A stretch of 63,019 nucleotides of DNA from Bacillota bacterium (GCA_012800855.1 JAAZIN010000098.1:1-63019); one strand, 5' to 3'. Counted from the stretch's first letter, positions 9,422 through 19,596 are shown. The notes: generated by a model not told the origin, from the sequence alone. Made by a program: numbers and translations.

Positions 9422-10633
9422 CTAGTAATTCCGGCGCAGCATTCTTCCCATCTCTTTAAATGAAACCGTCCGGTCGAACTGCAGCAGGCCGCGGCTGAAG
9501 ATGCGCGCCCCCACGTAGACAAAGAAGGCGATGCCCAGCAGCAGGGCGGCAAAGGCGGAGGCCAGCTCCCACCACGGCAGGGTCGTGGCGGGGATGCGCA
9601 GCAGCATGGTCATGGGAGTGAAGATGGGAATATAGCTCATTACGCGCACCCAGGCCGCGTTGGGCGCGAGCAGAATGGCGCTGGAAGCAAACATGGGGAT
9701 CATGGGAATAAGCACGACCATCCCCTGCGTCTGGCTGCCTCCCTCGGCATCCTTCATCGTTGCCCCCATGGCGGCAAAGATGGCTGCGTACATGATGTAG
9801 CCGCCGACAAAGAAAAGCGCCGCCGGCAGGAGGAGTTCCAGCTTTATGCCCAGGTCGGAGAGGTCGATGAAGCGGCTGGCTGCGGCCAGCCCCACCGCCA
9901 GCCAGACGGTGATCTGCAGCAGGCCGAGAAGACCGAAGGCAAAGATCTTGCCGAGGAGCAGGTCCACTGCCGTGACCGATGAAAGCAGTATCTCGACGAT
10001 GCGGTTGCGCTTCTCCTTGAGCACGCCATACATGAGCACCTGCCCCGAGATAACCACGGCCAGAACCAGGAGTATGCAAAAGAACATGGGGGCGATGACC
10101 GCGGCGAAGGAGACCTCTTCGCCGCTGACGCTGCGCACCCGCAGCATTACCGGGGCCGTAGCCAGGTTGATCTCCTCTTCGCTCAGCCCCATCTTCTCCA
10201 GACGGTAGCGCGTCAGCGCCGCCTTAATCGCCCCCTCGAGGAGCGCTGTATTCATCCCCTTGGCATCGCGGTCGTAGTAGTCAATGATCCCGCTTTGCAC
10301 GCTCTCCGCGGTGAAGACGAGGTAGCCATCCAGCTCTCTCTCCTGCACCTGCCGGGCCAGCTTCTCCCGCTCGGCGGCATCATGGAGAGTTACTTTTACC
10401 GAGTCGGCCAGATGGGCTTCCAGGTAGGGGAAGAAATCTCCCGTTTCATCGATAACCGCCACCTGCTGCTCCTGCCGGGCGACGCTGGTGCCGGCCAGGT
10501 AGCCGATCCCGCCGGCCAGGGCCATGATCAGGGGGATCATCAGGGTTGTAGCCAGGAAGACGGGGCTTTTGATGTTTTTCAGCAGCTCCCAGCGGAAAAC
10601 CCGGCCTACATTACGCCACTTCAACTTCTTCAC
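9422..10633 (-). CDS. ABC-2 type transporter permease (NatB-like)
   Basis: 403-aa ORF with an N-terminal TM helix, a large extracytoplasmic loop and a C-terminal cluster of 5 TM helices. It overlaps the 3' end of the upstream ATPase gene. Confidence 0.8.
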   Translation of the reverse strand: MKKLKWRNVGRVFRWELLKNIKSPVFLATTLMIPLIMALAGGIGYLAGTSVARQEQQVAVIDETGDFFPYLEAHLADSVKVTLHDAAEREKLARQVQERELDGYLVFTAESVQSGIIDYYDRDAKGMNTALLEGAIKAALTRYRLEKMGLSEEEINLATAPVMLRVRSVSGEEVSFAAVIAPMFFCILLVLAVVISGQVLMYGVLKEKRNRIVEILLSSVTAVDLLLGKIFAFGLLGLLQITVWLAVGLAAASRFIDLSDLGIKLELLLPAALFFVGGYIMYAAIFAAMGATMKDAEGGSQTQGMVVLIPMIPMFASSAILLAPNAAWVRVMSYIPIFTPMTMLLRIPATTLPWWELASAFAALLLGIAFFVYVGARIFSRGLLQFDRTVSFKEMGRMLRRNY

Positions 10634-11534
10634 CCCTTTCGCGGACGGTTTCCACGAAGATCTCGTGCAGCGGCGGCTTCTCCACGGTGATGGCTTTTAT
10701 GGACAGCCTTGAAGCCAGCTCCTGCAGCAGGCTGTTGATGCTGCCACGCCAGCGCATCACCGCCAGTCCCGGCTGCTCCCGCAGCAGGCGCAGGCCCGGC
10801 ATCGTTTTCAGGAAAGAGCCGTCTTCAGCGGGTTCATAGCGCAGCTCCACGATATTCTCCTTGTAGCTGTCTTTAATCTCCTGCAGCTTCCCGGAGAGGA
10901 CTTCCCGCCCGTGATTGATCAGAAAGATGGAATCGCAGAGCTCCTCCACCAGGTTCATCTGGTGAGCCGAGAGCAGCACGGTCGTGCCCTCTTCGCGGAG
11001 CTCGCGAATGATCTCCTTGAAGAAATCCTGGTTCACCGGGTCGAGGCCCGAGAAGGGCTCGTCGAAGAGGACCAGCGGCGGCCGGTGCAGGATGGAGGCG
11101 ACGAACTGCACCTTTTGCTGCATCCCCTTGGAGAGCTTCTCCAGCTTCTGGTGGGCGTAGCCGCCCAGCTCCAGCCGCTCCAGCCACTGCTGCGCCTCGC
11201 GCCGTGCCTCCTGGGCCGTCTTCCCCTTCAGCCCGGCCAGGTAGACGAGGTTGTCGATGACCTTGACGTCCTCGTAGAGGCCGCGCTCCTCGGGAAGGTA
11301 GCCGATCTTGCTCTTGTCCAGCGGCTGAAAGCGGCCGTTGAAATTAAAGCTGACCTTGCCGGCGTCGGGAGAGAGGATGCCCATGATCATGCGGATGGCC
11401 GTGGTCTTGCCAGCCCCGTTGGGCCCGAGCAGGCCCATTATTTCTCCTCGGGAGACGCTGAAGCTGATTCCATCAACGGCTTTCTTGCTGCCAAAGCTCT
11501 TGGACAGGTTTTCTACATTGAGAATAAGATCCAT
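10611..11534 (-). CDS. ABC transporter ATP-binding protein (NatA-like)
   Basis: Walker A GPNGAGKTT, signature LSKGMQQK, Walker B LVLFDEP. The start is set at ATG 11534 (AAAGGAGG RBS 8 nt upstream) rather than the track start. Confidence 0.9.
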   Translation of the reverse strand: MDLILNVENLSKSFGSKKAVDGISFSVSRGEIMGLLGPNGAGKTTAIRMIMGILSPDAGKVSFNFNGRFQPLDKSKIGYLPEERGLYEDVKVIDNLVYLAGLKGKTAQEARREAQQWLERLELGGYAHQKLEKLSKGMQQKVQFVASILHRPPLVLFDEPFSGLDPVNQDFFKEIIRELREEGTTVLLSAHQMNLVEELCDSIFLINHGREVLSGKLQEIKDSYKENIVELRYEPAEDGSFLKTMPGLRLLREQPGLAVMRWRGSINSLLQELASRLSIKAITVEKPPLHEIFVETVRERGEEVEVA

Positions 11535-11607
11535 GCCCCCGAAACCTCCTTTCACTCCTATATTCTTGTAAAGGGGCTGCTATCCTGCAGCGCCTTGCCT
11601 CTCTTTT

Positions 11608-12840
11608 TTACAGGTGGGTCTTTTCAGGAGAGCGCGCTGACCCGGCCAGGGGGAGCAAGGCGTAAAGAATCGCTGCTCCGAGGAAGGCCAGGAGGAAAGA
11701 GATGGGCCAGACCCACGCAATGGCGAAGTGCATCAAGAAGAGGCCGAAGAGCCACGGACCGATGGAGTGGCCCGCCCCGGACATGGACCTGAAAAGAGCA
11801 TGGAAGCGTCCCCGGTGGGAGGCGGGGGCATGCTCGGCGATGAAGACATTAAGATTGACCGCATTTAGAATTTCGCCGGTGGTCCAGATAATAGTGGAGA
11901 TAAAAAAGAGGGGGAGGCTGCGGCAGAAATAAAGCAAGCCGAAACCGCAGGCGAAAAAGATACCGGCCAGGCCCAGGTTGAAGATGCTCTTGAACCGCGA
12001 GGTGGCGGTGGAAACCAGCGGGGTGAGGAGGATTACCGTGATCCCGTTGGTGCTCATCAGGTAGCCGTAATACACGGCTCCCTGCAGGGGAAACAGCTCC
12101 TTCAGCAGGAGGGGCAGCGAAAAGGAGCTCTGGCTGTAGACGATGCTGTAGAGAATTCCGGCGAAGGCGCAGCCCAGGAGAAGCGGGTTTTTAAAGAATA
12201 ATGCCGCGGTGCTGTTCCCGGCGGCTTCCTCCTGGGGAGGCGCCGCGGCATTTCCCGGGGCGGAAGGAAGCGTCTCCCTGACTAGAAAAGCAATCAAGAT
12301 CATCGAAATGAGCATGGCCAGGGCGCTGCCCCAGAAAAGCAGGAGAACGTAATGCTGGTAGAGGAAACCGGCCGCAAGCAGTCCCAGGGAGAAGCCGAGG
12401 TTGTACCCCACGTAGTGCAGGGAAAAGGCCGCTTCCCGCTTCCCGGGGCCGGTGAGATCCATGTACATGGCGGTGTTGGCCGGAGTCGCCGCGGAGGTAA
12501 AGAAGATGGCGGCGAGAATGAGCCAGATTCCCTTCTCGCTGCCGTAGAAGAAAGCGGCGGCGGCGTAGGCGGCGGCGGCAAGCCCGCTGAACAGGAGGAA
12601 GGCGGTCTTGCGGCCGGCGCTGTCGGCCATTTTCCCGCCCGCCAGGTAGCCGGGGAGATGGAGAAAGAGGGCCACCATGACGATGAAACCGGCTTCATTT
12701 GGAGGGAAGCCGAGCTTGTCGGTGAGGATCATGGTGAGAAAGGTGCGCACAAAGCTGCCCGAAGCGTTGATTAAAGCGGCCAGCGTCAAAATGTAGACAC
12801 TGGCGGGCAGGTGGCGATATCTTTCCAGTATGCCCGTCAT
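11608..12840 (-). CDS. MFS transporter
   Basis: 410-aa ORF with ~12 predicted TM helices and the MFS loop motif GKMADSAGRK between TM2 and TM3. AAAGGAGG RBS present. Confidence 0.8.
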   Translation of the reverse strand: MTGILERYRHLPASVYILTLAALINASGSFVRTFLTMILTDKLGFPPNEAGFIVMVALFLHLPGYLAGGKMADSAGRKTAFLLFSGLAAAAYAAAAFFYGSEKGIWLILAAIFFTSAATPANTAMYMDLTGPGKREAAFSLHYVGYNLGFSLGLLAAGFLYQHYVLLLFWGSALAMLISMILIAFLVRETLPSAPGNAAAPPQEEAAGNSTAALFFKNPLLLGCAFAGILYSIVYSQSSFSLPLLLKELFPLQGAVYYGYLMSTNGITVILLTPLVSTATSRFKSIFNLGLAGIFFACGFGLLYFCRSLPLFFISTIIWTTGEILNAVNLNVFIAEHAPASHRGRFHALFRSMSGAGHSIGPWLFGLFLMHFAIAWVWPISFLLAFLGAAILYALLPLAGSARSPEKTHL

Positions 12841-13070
12841 GCGAAGATAGGGCCTCCTTTAACAAGAAAATGGGGGCCGCCTGCCTGTGGACGGCAGCCG
12901 GCGCCGGCGCGGGCCTCTTCCGGCAGGGCGTTGAAAGAAAACCCTGCCCTTGGAAGAGAGGATTCTGCCCTGCGCCAGGGAATATTATACTTTAAAAATC
13001 TGCCCAGGTGGCGGGAAAACCCTTCTCCCGCCGCCGCGAGTGGCCTGGGCCGCCCCGGGGAGGCGATGAC

Positions 13071-13871
13071 ATGGCTGAACTATCTGCCAGGAAAGAGATT
13101 ACTGTAATCCGGGAAGGCGAAAGGCGTCTCACCGACGACGAGGTGGTCGTGGAGGCGCCGCTGACGATCTACCTTAACGGCCGGGAACTGGTGACGCTCC
13201 TCTGCACGCCCGACAAGCTGGAGAGCCTGGCCCTCGGCTTCTTGCGCTCCGAAGGCTTGCTCAACTCTCTCGATGATGTGGCCGCGCTGCGCCTGCGCGA
13301 CGACAGGGGGGCGGTGGAGGTGGAGCTGAAGAATAAAGGCGGCCTGCTGGAGAAGCTCTACGGCCGGCGCACAATAACCTCGGGCTGCGGCAAGGGCACC
13401 ATCTTCTACAGCGCCCTCGACGCCCTGCGCAGCAGCCCCGTGCGCGGCGACAGTGTTACGCTTACCGCCGGCGAGGTCCATGCCCTGATGAGAGAGCTGC
13501 AGGAAAGGGCCACCCTGTTCAAGGCTACCGGGGGCGTGCACGCCGCCGCCCTGGCCGGCGGCGGAAAGATCCTCATCTTCTGCGAAGATATCGGGCGGCA
13601 CAACGCCGTGGACAAGATTATCGGGGAGTGCCTGCGGCAGGGAATGGCCATGGAGGACAAGGTGCTGGTCTGCAGCGGCCGCCTGAGCTCGGAGATCCTG
13701 CTCAAGGCGGCGAAGCTGCGCCTGCCCATGCTGATTTCGCGGGCGGCCCCGACCACGCTGAGCATCGAGCTGGCTCAAACGCTGAACATCACCCTTGTCG
13801 GTTTTGTCCGCGGGCGGCGGATGAATATTTACACTCACCCCCACCGGGTGATAGATGCCCGCAACGCTTGA
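13071..13871 (+). CDS. fdhD: formate dehydrogenase accessory sulfurtransferase FdhD
   Basis: FdhD motifs SGCGKGT (catalytic Cys loop), TGGVHAAAL and GRHNAVDK. The start is set at ATG 13071 with a GGGGAGG RBS. Confidence 0.85.
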   Translation: MAELSARKEITVIREGERRLTDDEVVVEAPLTIYLNGRELVTLLCTPDKLESLALGFLRSEGLLNSLDDVAALRLRDDRGAVEVELKNKGGLLEKLYGRRTITSGCGKGTIFYSALDALRSSPVRGDSVTLTAGEVHALMRELQERATLFKATGGVHAAALAGGGKILIFCEDIGRHNAVDKIIGECLRQGMAMEDKVLVCSGRLSSEILLKAAKLRLPMLISRAAPTTLSIELAQTLNITLVGFVRGRRMNIYTHPHRVIDARNA

Positions 13872-13897
13872 AAAAGCGGCAGGGTTGCCGCCCTCTG

Positions 13898-14749
13898 TCA
13901 CTCCTTTCGCTCGTCAAGGTTTAAATGGATTCTCCTGGCCGTTACGTTGATCTCGTCCAGGTAGAAGCCGGTGAGATATTCAAGTTCCTCTTTGAGCCGC
14001 TGCTGCGCCTCTTTTAAAATCTGCCGCATGTTTTTGCCGGGGGGCATCTGCTCCAGGGATAAGACCACGTCCACGTTCAGGATCATCTTGCCGCCCTGGC
14101 TTTTGATCTCCACGCGGCCGGCACGGTGGATGCCGGGAACCTGGCCCATGATGTGGCTGACCAGCTCGGTGACGACGTGCTCGGCAATGTAAAAATTGCC
14201 CAGGTTGCTGTAGACGGGGCGGATGATGGATCGCTCCACGGCCACGTCCCGGGGTTCTCCCGAGGGCAGGCTGAAAAAAGAGCGCAGCGGGTCGATGAGG
14301 TAGCCGGGAAAATCTTTTTTGATGGCGAAAGTGGGCAGGGGGATGACGTGGCGGTTCTCTTCCTGCCGCAGCCGTCGCGCTTTATTAATTTCTTCCGGGC
14401 TGGCGATCTCTTCAATGTGGATGTAGTGATGGGGATGGGGCAGCCCCAGCCTCTCGGCAATGGCCTGGGCCATCCGCTCGGAGGTGGCCAGGATGAGCAG
14501 CCTGGGCGGCTCCAGTTCGGCCAGCTTTTCTCGCAGCTGCCGGGCGTGGTCCTTGTCTTGCAGGAGGGCCCGCTTGATGGCCCCGTAGCGGGTGTTTTCC
14601 CGCTTCGCCGAGCGACCGGCCAGGACCTGGTTTCCCTTGATCAAAAGACCGTCATCGAGAATATAATCAATCTGGTACTGGTAGGCCAGGAGCGGGGCAT
14701 GGTGGCTTTTCCCGGTGCCCCTGCGGCCAACCAGGGCATAGATCTCCAT
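13898..14749 (-). CDS. P-loop NTPase domain fused to an Asp23/Gls24-like domain, function unknown
   Basis: N-terminal Walker A GRRGTGKS. The C-terminal ~110 aa (YIAEHVVTELVSHIMGQVPGI...VEIK...ILNVDVVLS...QQRLKEELEYLTG) is Asp23-like. The start is set at ATG 14749; the longer track ORF lacks an RBS and has low-complexity sequence. Confidence 0.7.
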   Translation of the reverse strand: MEIYALVGRRGTGKSHHAPLLAYQYQIDYILDDGLLIKGNQVLAGRSAKRENTRYGAIKRALLQDKDHARQLREKLAELEPPRLLILATSERMAQAIAERLGLPHPHHYIHIEEIASPEEINKARRLRQEENRHVIPLPTFAIKKDFPGYLIDPLRSFFSLPSGEPRDVAVERSIIRPVYSNLGNFYIAEHVVTELVSHIMGQVPGIHRAGRVEIKSQGGKMILNVDVVLSLEQMPPGKNMRQILKEAQQRLKEELEYLTGFYLDEINVTARRIHLNLDERKE

Positions 14750-14822
14750 CGCCCATCTGCCTTTCCTGCTCGGGCCGGCGACCCCGCCTGCATCCCTGGC
14801 GGCGGCAGCCACCGGTGCTAAA

Positions 14823-14831
14823 ATTATACCA
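14823..14831 (-). promoter_or_regulatory. extended -10 promoter element (TGgTATAAT) for the P-loop/Asp23 gene
   Basis: The reverse complement of 14823-14831 reads TGGTATAAT, ~75 nt upstream of ATG 14749. Confidence 0.4.
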
Positions 14832-14998
14832 TAAAAAAAGAGCGGTGATGTTGCCGAAAAGGGCTTGGCAAAGAAAGCCGGGGTCTCATCACCAGGGGAA
14901 TCTTTTGTGACCAAAGGCCGCCCTGGAAAGAGCTGCCCGCCGGCTAATAGGGGGAGGGGGATTTGGACAAGGGATAAATCACTGGCTTCTGGTGTTCC

Positions 14999-15027
14999 TT
15001 GCCTCTTCCGGGGGGACATGTTAAAAT
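14999..15027 (+). promoter_or_regulatory. sigma-A type promoter upstream of hisD
   Basis: TTGCCT-17 nt-TAAAAT, ~30 nt upstream of the hisD ATG. Confidence 0.45.
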
Positions 15028-15058
15028 ACGCCTAAATACATAGCTCGGAGCGGGAACC

Positions 15059-16402
15059 ATGCTGCTGCCCATCTACGATGCGCTCTCTTCGTACATGGAA
15101 CGGCGCCGCCCATTCAGCCTCGACGATTACGCTGCCGAAAGGGAGGCCGTTCGCGAGATCATTGAGGCGGTGCGCCGGAGGGGCGACGCGGCGGTTAAGG
15201 AATATACCGCACGCTTTGACGGCGCCGTTCTCGACGACTTGCGCGTGAGCGAGGCGGAATTCAAGGCCGCCGAAAAAGCCGTGGAGCCCCTTCTCCTGGA
15301 GGCGCTGCGGAAGGCAAAAGAGAATATTGAAAAATTTCACCGCCGCCAGCTGCGCGCCTCGTGGTGGGAGAGCGCTCCCGGCATCCTGGTAGGGCAGCGT
15401 TTCCGGCCGCTGCATTCCACCGGCGCCTACGTGCCGGGGGGGACGGCGGCATATCCCTCGTCGGTGCTCATGACGGTGCTGCCGGCGCGGGTGGCCGGTG
15501 TCAAGGAAATCTACCTCTGCACCCCGCCGGGGGCCGACGGGAAGGTGCACCCGCTCACGCTCCTGGCGGCCCGCGAGGCCGGCGCCACCGCCGTCTTCAA
15601 GGCCGGCGGGGCCCAGGCCATTGCCGCCCTGGCCTGGGGCACCGAGACCATCCCCGCGGTGTCAAAAATTGTCGGCCCGGGGAACATCTACGTCACCCTG
15701 GCCAAGCGCGAGCTCTACGGGCGCGTGGGCATCGATCTTCTGGCCGGCCCCAGCGAGATTGCCGTGGTGGCCGATGCGCAGGCCAACGCCGCCTACATTG
15801 CCGCCGACCTGCTCTCCCAGGCGGAGCATGACATTCTCGCCCGGCCTCTTTTAATTACCACCTCCGCGGAGCTGCTCCGCCGGGTGGAGGAAGAGCTGGA
15901 GCGGCAGCTGCAGGAGCTGCCGCGGCGCGAGATTGCCGCGCGCGCCCTGCAGGAGCAGGGGGCGGCGCTGCTGGTGGGCAGTCTTGAGGAGGCCTGGCAG
16001 GCGGTGAACGAGCTGGCCCCCGAGCACCTGGAGCTGCACATCGCCCAGCCCTGGGCCCATCTCGACAGCATCGAGAATGCCGGCGCTGTCTTTATCGGCC
16101 CCTGGACGCCCGAGGCCGCCGGCGACTACTGGGCCGGCTCCAACCACGTTCTCCCCACGGGGGGAACGGCGCGCTACGCCTCTCCCCTGGGCGTGGGCGA
16201 TTTCCTGAAGAACACCCATTTTATCTACTACAGCGCCGCGGCCCTTGCCGAGGCGGCACCGCATATTGAGAGGCTGGCGCGGGCGGAGGGGCTGGAAGGG
16301 CACGCCCGGGCGGCGGCCATGAGGAGGCATGATTATGAAACGCGAAGCGGCCGTGAAGCGCTCCACCCTGGAGACAACGGTGGAGCTGAAGCTGACGATT
16401 GA
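15059..16402 (+). CDS. hisD: histidinol dehydrogenase
   Basis: HisD motifs GPGNIYV, SQAEHD and the LEGHARA C-terminal region. The ORF runs ~20 codons past the usual end and overlaps hisB. Confidence 0.9.
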   Translation: MLLPIYDALSSYMERRRPFSLDDYAAEREAVREIIEAVRRRGDAAVKEYTARFDGAVLDDLRVSEAEFKAAEKAVEPLLLEALRKAKENIEKFHRRQLRASWWESAPGILVGQRFRPLHSTGAYVPGGTAAYPSSVLMTVLPARVAGVKEIYLCTPPGADGKVHPLTLLAAREAGATAVFKAGGAQAIAALAWGTETIPAVSKIVGPGNIYVTLAKRELYGRVGIDLLAGPSEIAVVADAQANAAYIAADLLSQAEHDILARPLLITTSAELLRRVEEELERQLQELPRREIAARALQEQGAALLVGSLEEAWQAVNELAPEHLELHIAQPWAHLDSIENAGAVFIGPWTPEAAGDYWAGSNHVLPTGGTARYASPLGVGDFLKNTHFIYYSAAALAEAAPHIERLARAEGLEGHARAAAMRRHDYETRSGREALHPGDNGGAEADD

Positions 16403-16925
16403 TGGGCGCGGCGAAGCAGACCTGGAAACAGGGCTTCCCTTTTTGGAGCACATGCTGGCCCTCTGGTGCCGGCATGGCTTTTTTGACCTGCGCCTCCGGG
16501 CCCAGGGCGATCTTGAAGTAGAGCCCCATCACCTGATGGAGGATATCGGCCTCTGCCTGGGCAGGGCCCTTTACCAGGCTCTCGGCGACAAGTCCGGCAT
16601 CCGCCGCTACGGCTTCAGCGCCGTGCCCATGGACGAGGCCCTCGTTTTTGCCGCCGTCGACCTCTCCGGGCGCCCCTACCTGCATTACGAGATGCCGCTG
16701 CCCCCGGGGCCTGTGGGAACCATGGATCCCGAGCTCTTTGAGGAATTCTGGAGAGCCTTTGTCAACGAGGGCCGGCTGAACCTGCACCTGAAGATGAGCC
16801 ACGGGCGCAACAAGCACCACCTGGTGGAGGCTTCTTTCAAGGCCGCGGGTCGCGCCCTGGGCGAAGCCTGCGCCAGGCTGGAAGGCTGGGACGGGGTCCT
16901 CTCCACCAAGGGGAGGCTGGAGTAG
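16329..16925 (+). CDS. hisB: imidazoleglycerol-phosphate dehydratase
   Basis: IGPD motifs: HHLMEDIG, and GRNKHHLVEASFKAAGRAL. Confidence 0.9.
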   Translation: MIMKREAAVKRSTLETTVELKLTIDGRGEADLETGLPFLEHMLALWCRHGFFDLRLRAQGDLEVEPHHLMEDIGLCLGRALYQALGDKSGIRRYGFSAVPMDEALVFAAVDLSGRPYLHYEMPLPPGPVGTMDPELFEEFWRAFVNEGRLNLHLKMSHGRNKHHLVEASFKAAGRALGEACARLEGWDGVLSTKGRLE

Positions 16926-17656
16926 TGGCGGCGATCCAGGCCATCCCGGCCATCGATCTTAAGGGAGGGCGCTGCGTCCGCCTCTTCCAGGGCGATCCCG
17001 GCCGCGAGACCGTTTACAGCGCCGACCCGGTGGCGGTGGCCCGGCGCTGGGAGCAGCTTGGAGCCAAGCTGCTGCACATAGTTGACCTCGACGGCGCCTT
17101 CAGCGGCAGCGCCGCGCACGGCGGCGTCATTGCCGAGATGGGGCGCACCCTGGCCATCCCCTTCCAGCTGGGCGGGGGGATCCGCTCCCGCGAGGCCGTG
17201 CAGCGGGCCCTCCAGGCCGGCGCCGCCCGCGTCATCCTCGGCACGGTCATCGTGGAGCAGCCGGAGATCGCTGCCGCCCTGGCGGCGGAATTCAAAGGAA
17301 AGATACTTGCCGGGATCGACGCCCGCGGGGGAGTGGTGGCGGTGCGCGGCTGGACCGCGCGGGCGGAAATGAGGGCGGCCGAGCTGGCCCGCCGGGTGGA
17401 GCAGTGGGGCATCGGCGAGATTGTCTACACCGACACGCAGCGGGACGGCACCCTCGGCGGGCCCAACCTGAAGGGGCTGGAGGAGATTCTTGCCGCCGGC
17501 TCCTTCAAGGTGATTGTTGCCGGGGGGATCTCCTCGCGGGAAGATCTCCTTGCCCTCAAGCCCTACGCGCCGCGGGTGAGCGGCGTGATCATCGGCAAGG
17601 CCCTCTACGACGGCCGGCTCACCCTGCCGGAAGCCATGGCCGCCCTGGCCGATTAA
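16925..17656 (+). CDS. hisA: ProFAR isomerase (1-(5-phosphoribosyl)-5-[(5-phosphoribosylamino)methylideneamino]imidazole-4-carboxamide isomerase)
   Basis: HisA pattern: PAIDLKGGRCVRL, HIVDLDGA, GGGIRS, and GVIIGKALY. Confidence 0.9.
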   Translation: MAAIQAIPAIDLKGGRCVRLFQGDPGRETVYSADPVAVARRWEQLGAKLLHIVDLDGAFSGSAAHGGVIAEMGRTLAIPFQLGGGIRSREAVQRALQAGAARVILGTVIVEQPEIAAALAAEFKGKILAGIDARGGVVAVRGWTARAEMRAAELARRVEQWGIGEIVYTDTQRDGTLGGPNLKGLEEILAAGSFKVIVAGGISSREDLLALKPYAPRVSGVIIGKALYDGRLTLPEAMAALAD

Positions 17657-17765
17657 GCGTCCCGGGAAAGGGGAGTTGATCAACAACCGGCCGGGCAAGC
17701 GGCCGGGCTCCACCCCGGAAGGGGGGAGCTAAAAAGGCACTGTAACATCAACGGAGGATAGACTA

Positions 17766-18167
17766 ATGAACTGTAATGATGTCACTACCAAAAACAGCGC
17801 GTCCCTGCCACTGGACGGGCTTAAATACGATGCCGCCGGGCTCATCCCCGCGGTTATCCAGGACAACCGCAGCGGCGCTGTGCTCATGGTGGGCTACATG
17901 AACCGGGAAGCGCTGCGGCGGACCATGGAAAGCGGCCGGGTCTGGTTCTGGAGCCGCAGCCGGCAGCAGTACTGGTTGAAGGGGGAGAGCTCCGGCAACT
18001 ACATGACCGTCTGCTCCATTTACGCCGACTGCGATGCCGATACGCTCCTGGTGAAGGTAATCCTCGAAGGGCCGGGAGTGGCCTGCCACACGGGGCGCTA
18101 CTCCTGCTTCTTCAATCTTCTTCACGAGGCAAAGGCGGCCGGGAAAGAAGGCTGCGGCCATGATTGA
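17766..18167 (+). CDS. hisI: phosphoribosyl-AMP cyclohydrolase (no HisE domain)
   Basis: HisI motifs: [29 protein letters not shown], and CHTGRYSCF. At 133 aa it is too short to carry a fused HisE pyrophosphohydrolase. Confidence 0.9.
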   Translation: MNCNDVTTKNSASLPLDGLKYDAAGLIPAVIQDNRSGAVLMVGYMNREALRRTMESGRVWFWSRSRQQYWLKGESSGNYMTVCSIYADCDADTLLVKVILEGPGVACHTGRYSCFFNLLHEAKAAGKEGCGHD

Positions 18168-18996
18168 CTATCACCTGCATACGCCTCTTTGCCGCCATGC
18201 CCTCGGTGCTCCGGCCGACTACCTGGAGGCGGCCCGGGGCAAGGGGCTGCGCGAGATCGGCTTCGCCGACCATTATCCCCTGGGCCTGCTCGGGGTGAAG
18301 CCGCATGCCGAGGTGACCATGTCCCCCGAGGAGCTGCCCCAATATGTCAGCGAAATAAAGGCGCTGGCCGCCGGGGAGAAGGAGATCCGGGTCAAGCTGG
18401 GAGCGGAGGTGGACTACCTCCCCGGCAAAGAGAAGGAGTTGGCCCGCCTGCTGGCCCGCGAGCCCTTCGACTATGTCATCGGCTCCATTCACTTCATGGA
18501 CGACTGGGACTTCACCCATCCCTACTTCGCGGCGCGTTTTGAAGAGGCCGACCTGGAGGCGGTCTACCGCCGCTACTTCGAGCTGCTCTGGCAGGCCTGC
18601 CGCAGCGGCCTTTTTGACATCATCGGCCATATTGACGTGATCAAGAAGTTCGGCTACCGGCTTCCCCCCGCCGCCTTGGAGCCTTACCTCCAGCGCACCG
18701 CCCGCATCCTCAAGGAGTGCGGGCTCTGCTATGAGCTGAACAGCGCGGGGCGGGCCGCTCCGGCGGCGGAGTTCTACCCGGGGCGGCGCCTGCTCGAGCT
18801 CTGCTGCCGTGAAGGGGTGCCGGTGACGCTGGGTTCCGATGCCCACGCCCCCGACCAGGTGGGGCGCTACTTTGATGAGGCCCTGCAGCTGCTCCGGGAG
18901 GTGGGCTACCGCGAACTGGCCGTTTTTACGGCGCGGCAGAGGAGCTTTATACCGCTGGATGGCGGCGCCGGTAAAGAGGCCCCTTCCGCTTCCTAG
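18160..18996 (+). CDS. hisJ: histidinol-phosphatase, PHP (HisJ/HisK) family
   Basis: PHP motifs: DYHLHT at the N-terminus, GSIHF, IGHID and GSDAH. Confidence 0.85.
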   Translation: MIDYHLHTPLCRHALGAPADYLEAARGKGLREIGFADHYPLGLLGVKPHAEVTMSPEELPQYVSEIKALAAGEKEIRVKLGAEVDYLPGKEKELARLLAREPFDYVIGSIHFMDDWDFTHPYFAARFEEADLEAVYRRYFELLWQACRSGLFDIIGHIDVIKKFGYRLPPAALEPYLQRTARILKECGLCYELNSAGRAAPAAEFYPGRRLLELCCREGVPVTLGSDAHAPDQVGRYFDEALQLLREVGYRELAVFTARQRSFIPLDGGAGKEAPSAS

Positions 18997-19035
18997 CCGC
19001 TTGGGGCGCGGCTGCGGTGCCTGTCTGCAGGGACA

Positions 19036-19566
19036 ATGCTCCAGGATATTCCTTCTCCCCGGGAGAAAGCGAGGCGGGATTGCATGGACGAGCTCTACTC
19101 TTGCCGGGTGGAGACATGCCGCGGCTGCTGGACCATTCTCTTCCACCGCGGGGGCATCTACGAGATCTTCTTTCCCGGCACCGCCCCGCGGCGGCTCCCC
19201 CCGCAGCGCCCGCTGCCCTGGCCCGGCCTGGAGCGGGAGCTGCAGCGCTACCTGGAGGGGGAGAGACCGGCCTGGGAGGGGTATCCCCTGGACATGAGCG
19301 GCTATCCCCCCTTCACCCGCGCCCTTCTCGGCGCGGTGCGGCGGATTCCGTACGGGGAGACGCGCAGCTACCGCGAGGTGGCCGCCGCCGCCGGTTCGCC
19401 GCGCGCCTGGCGGGCTGCCGGCCAGGCGCTGAAGGCCAACCGCCACCCCCTGCTGGTCCCCTGCCACCGCGTCATCCGCAGCGACGGGCGGCCGGGCGGC
19501 TTCAGCGGCCCGCCGGGCTGGAAGGAGATGCTCCTGGAGCTGGAAAGGGGCCCGGCGATGGGCTGA
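19036..19566 (+). CDS. ogt: methylated-DNA--protein-cysteine methyltransferase
   Basis: Active-site motif LVPCHRVIRSDG and the upstream helix-turn-helix region YGETRSYREVA. Confidence 0.85.
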   Translation: MLQDIPSPREKARRDCMDELYSCRVETCRGCWTILFHRGGIYEIFFPGTAPRRLPPQRPLPWPGLERELQRYLEGERPAWEGYPLDMSGYPPFTRALLGAVRRIPYGETRSYREVAAAAGSPRAWRAAGQALKANRHPLLVPCHRVIRSDGRPGGFSGPPGWKEMLLELERGPAMG

Positions 19567-19596
19567 ACAAGTTTCTCTGAAATTGCGTCGCCGCTT

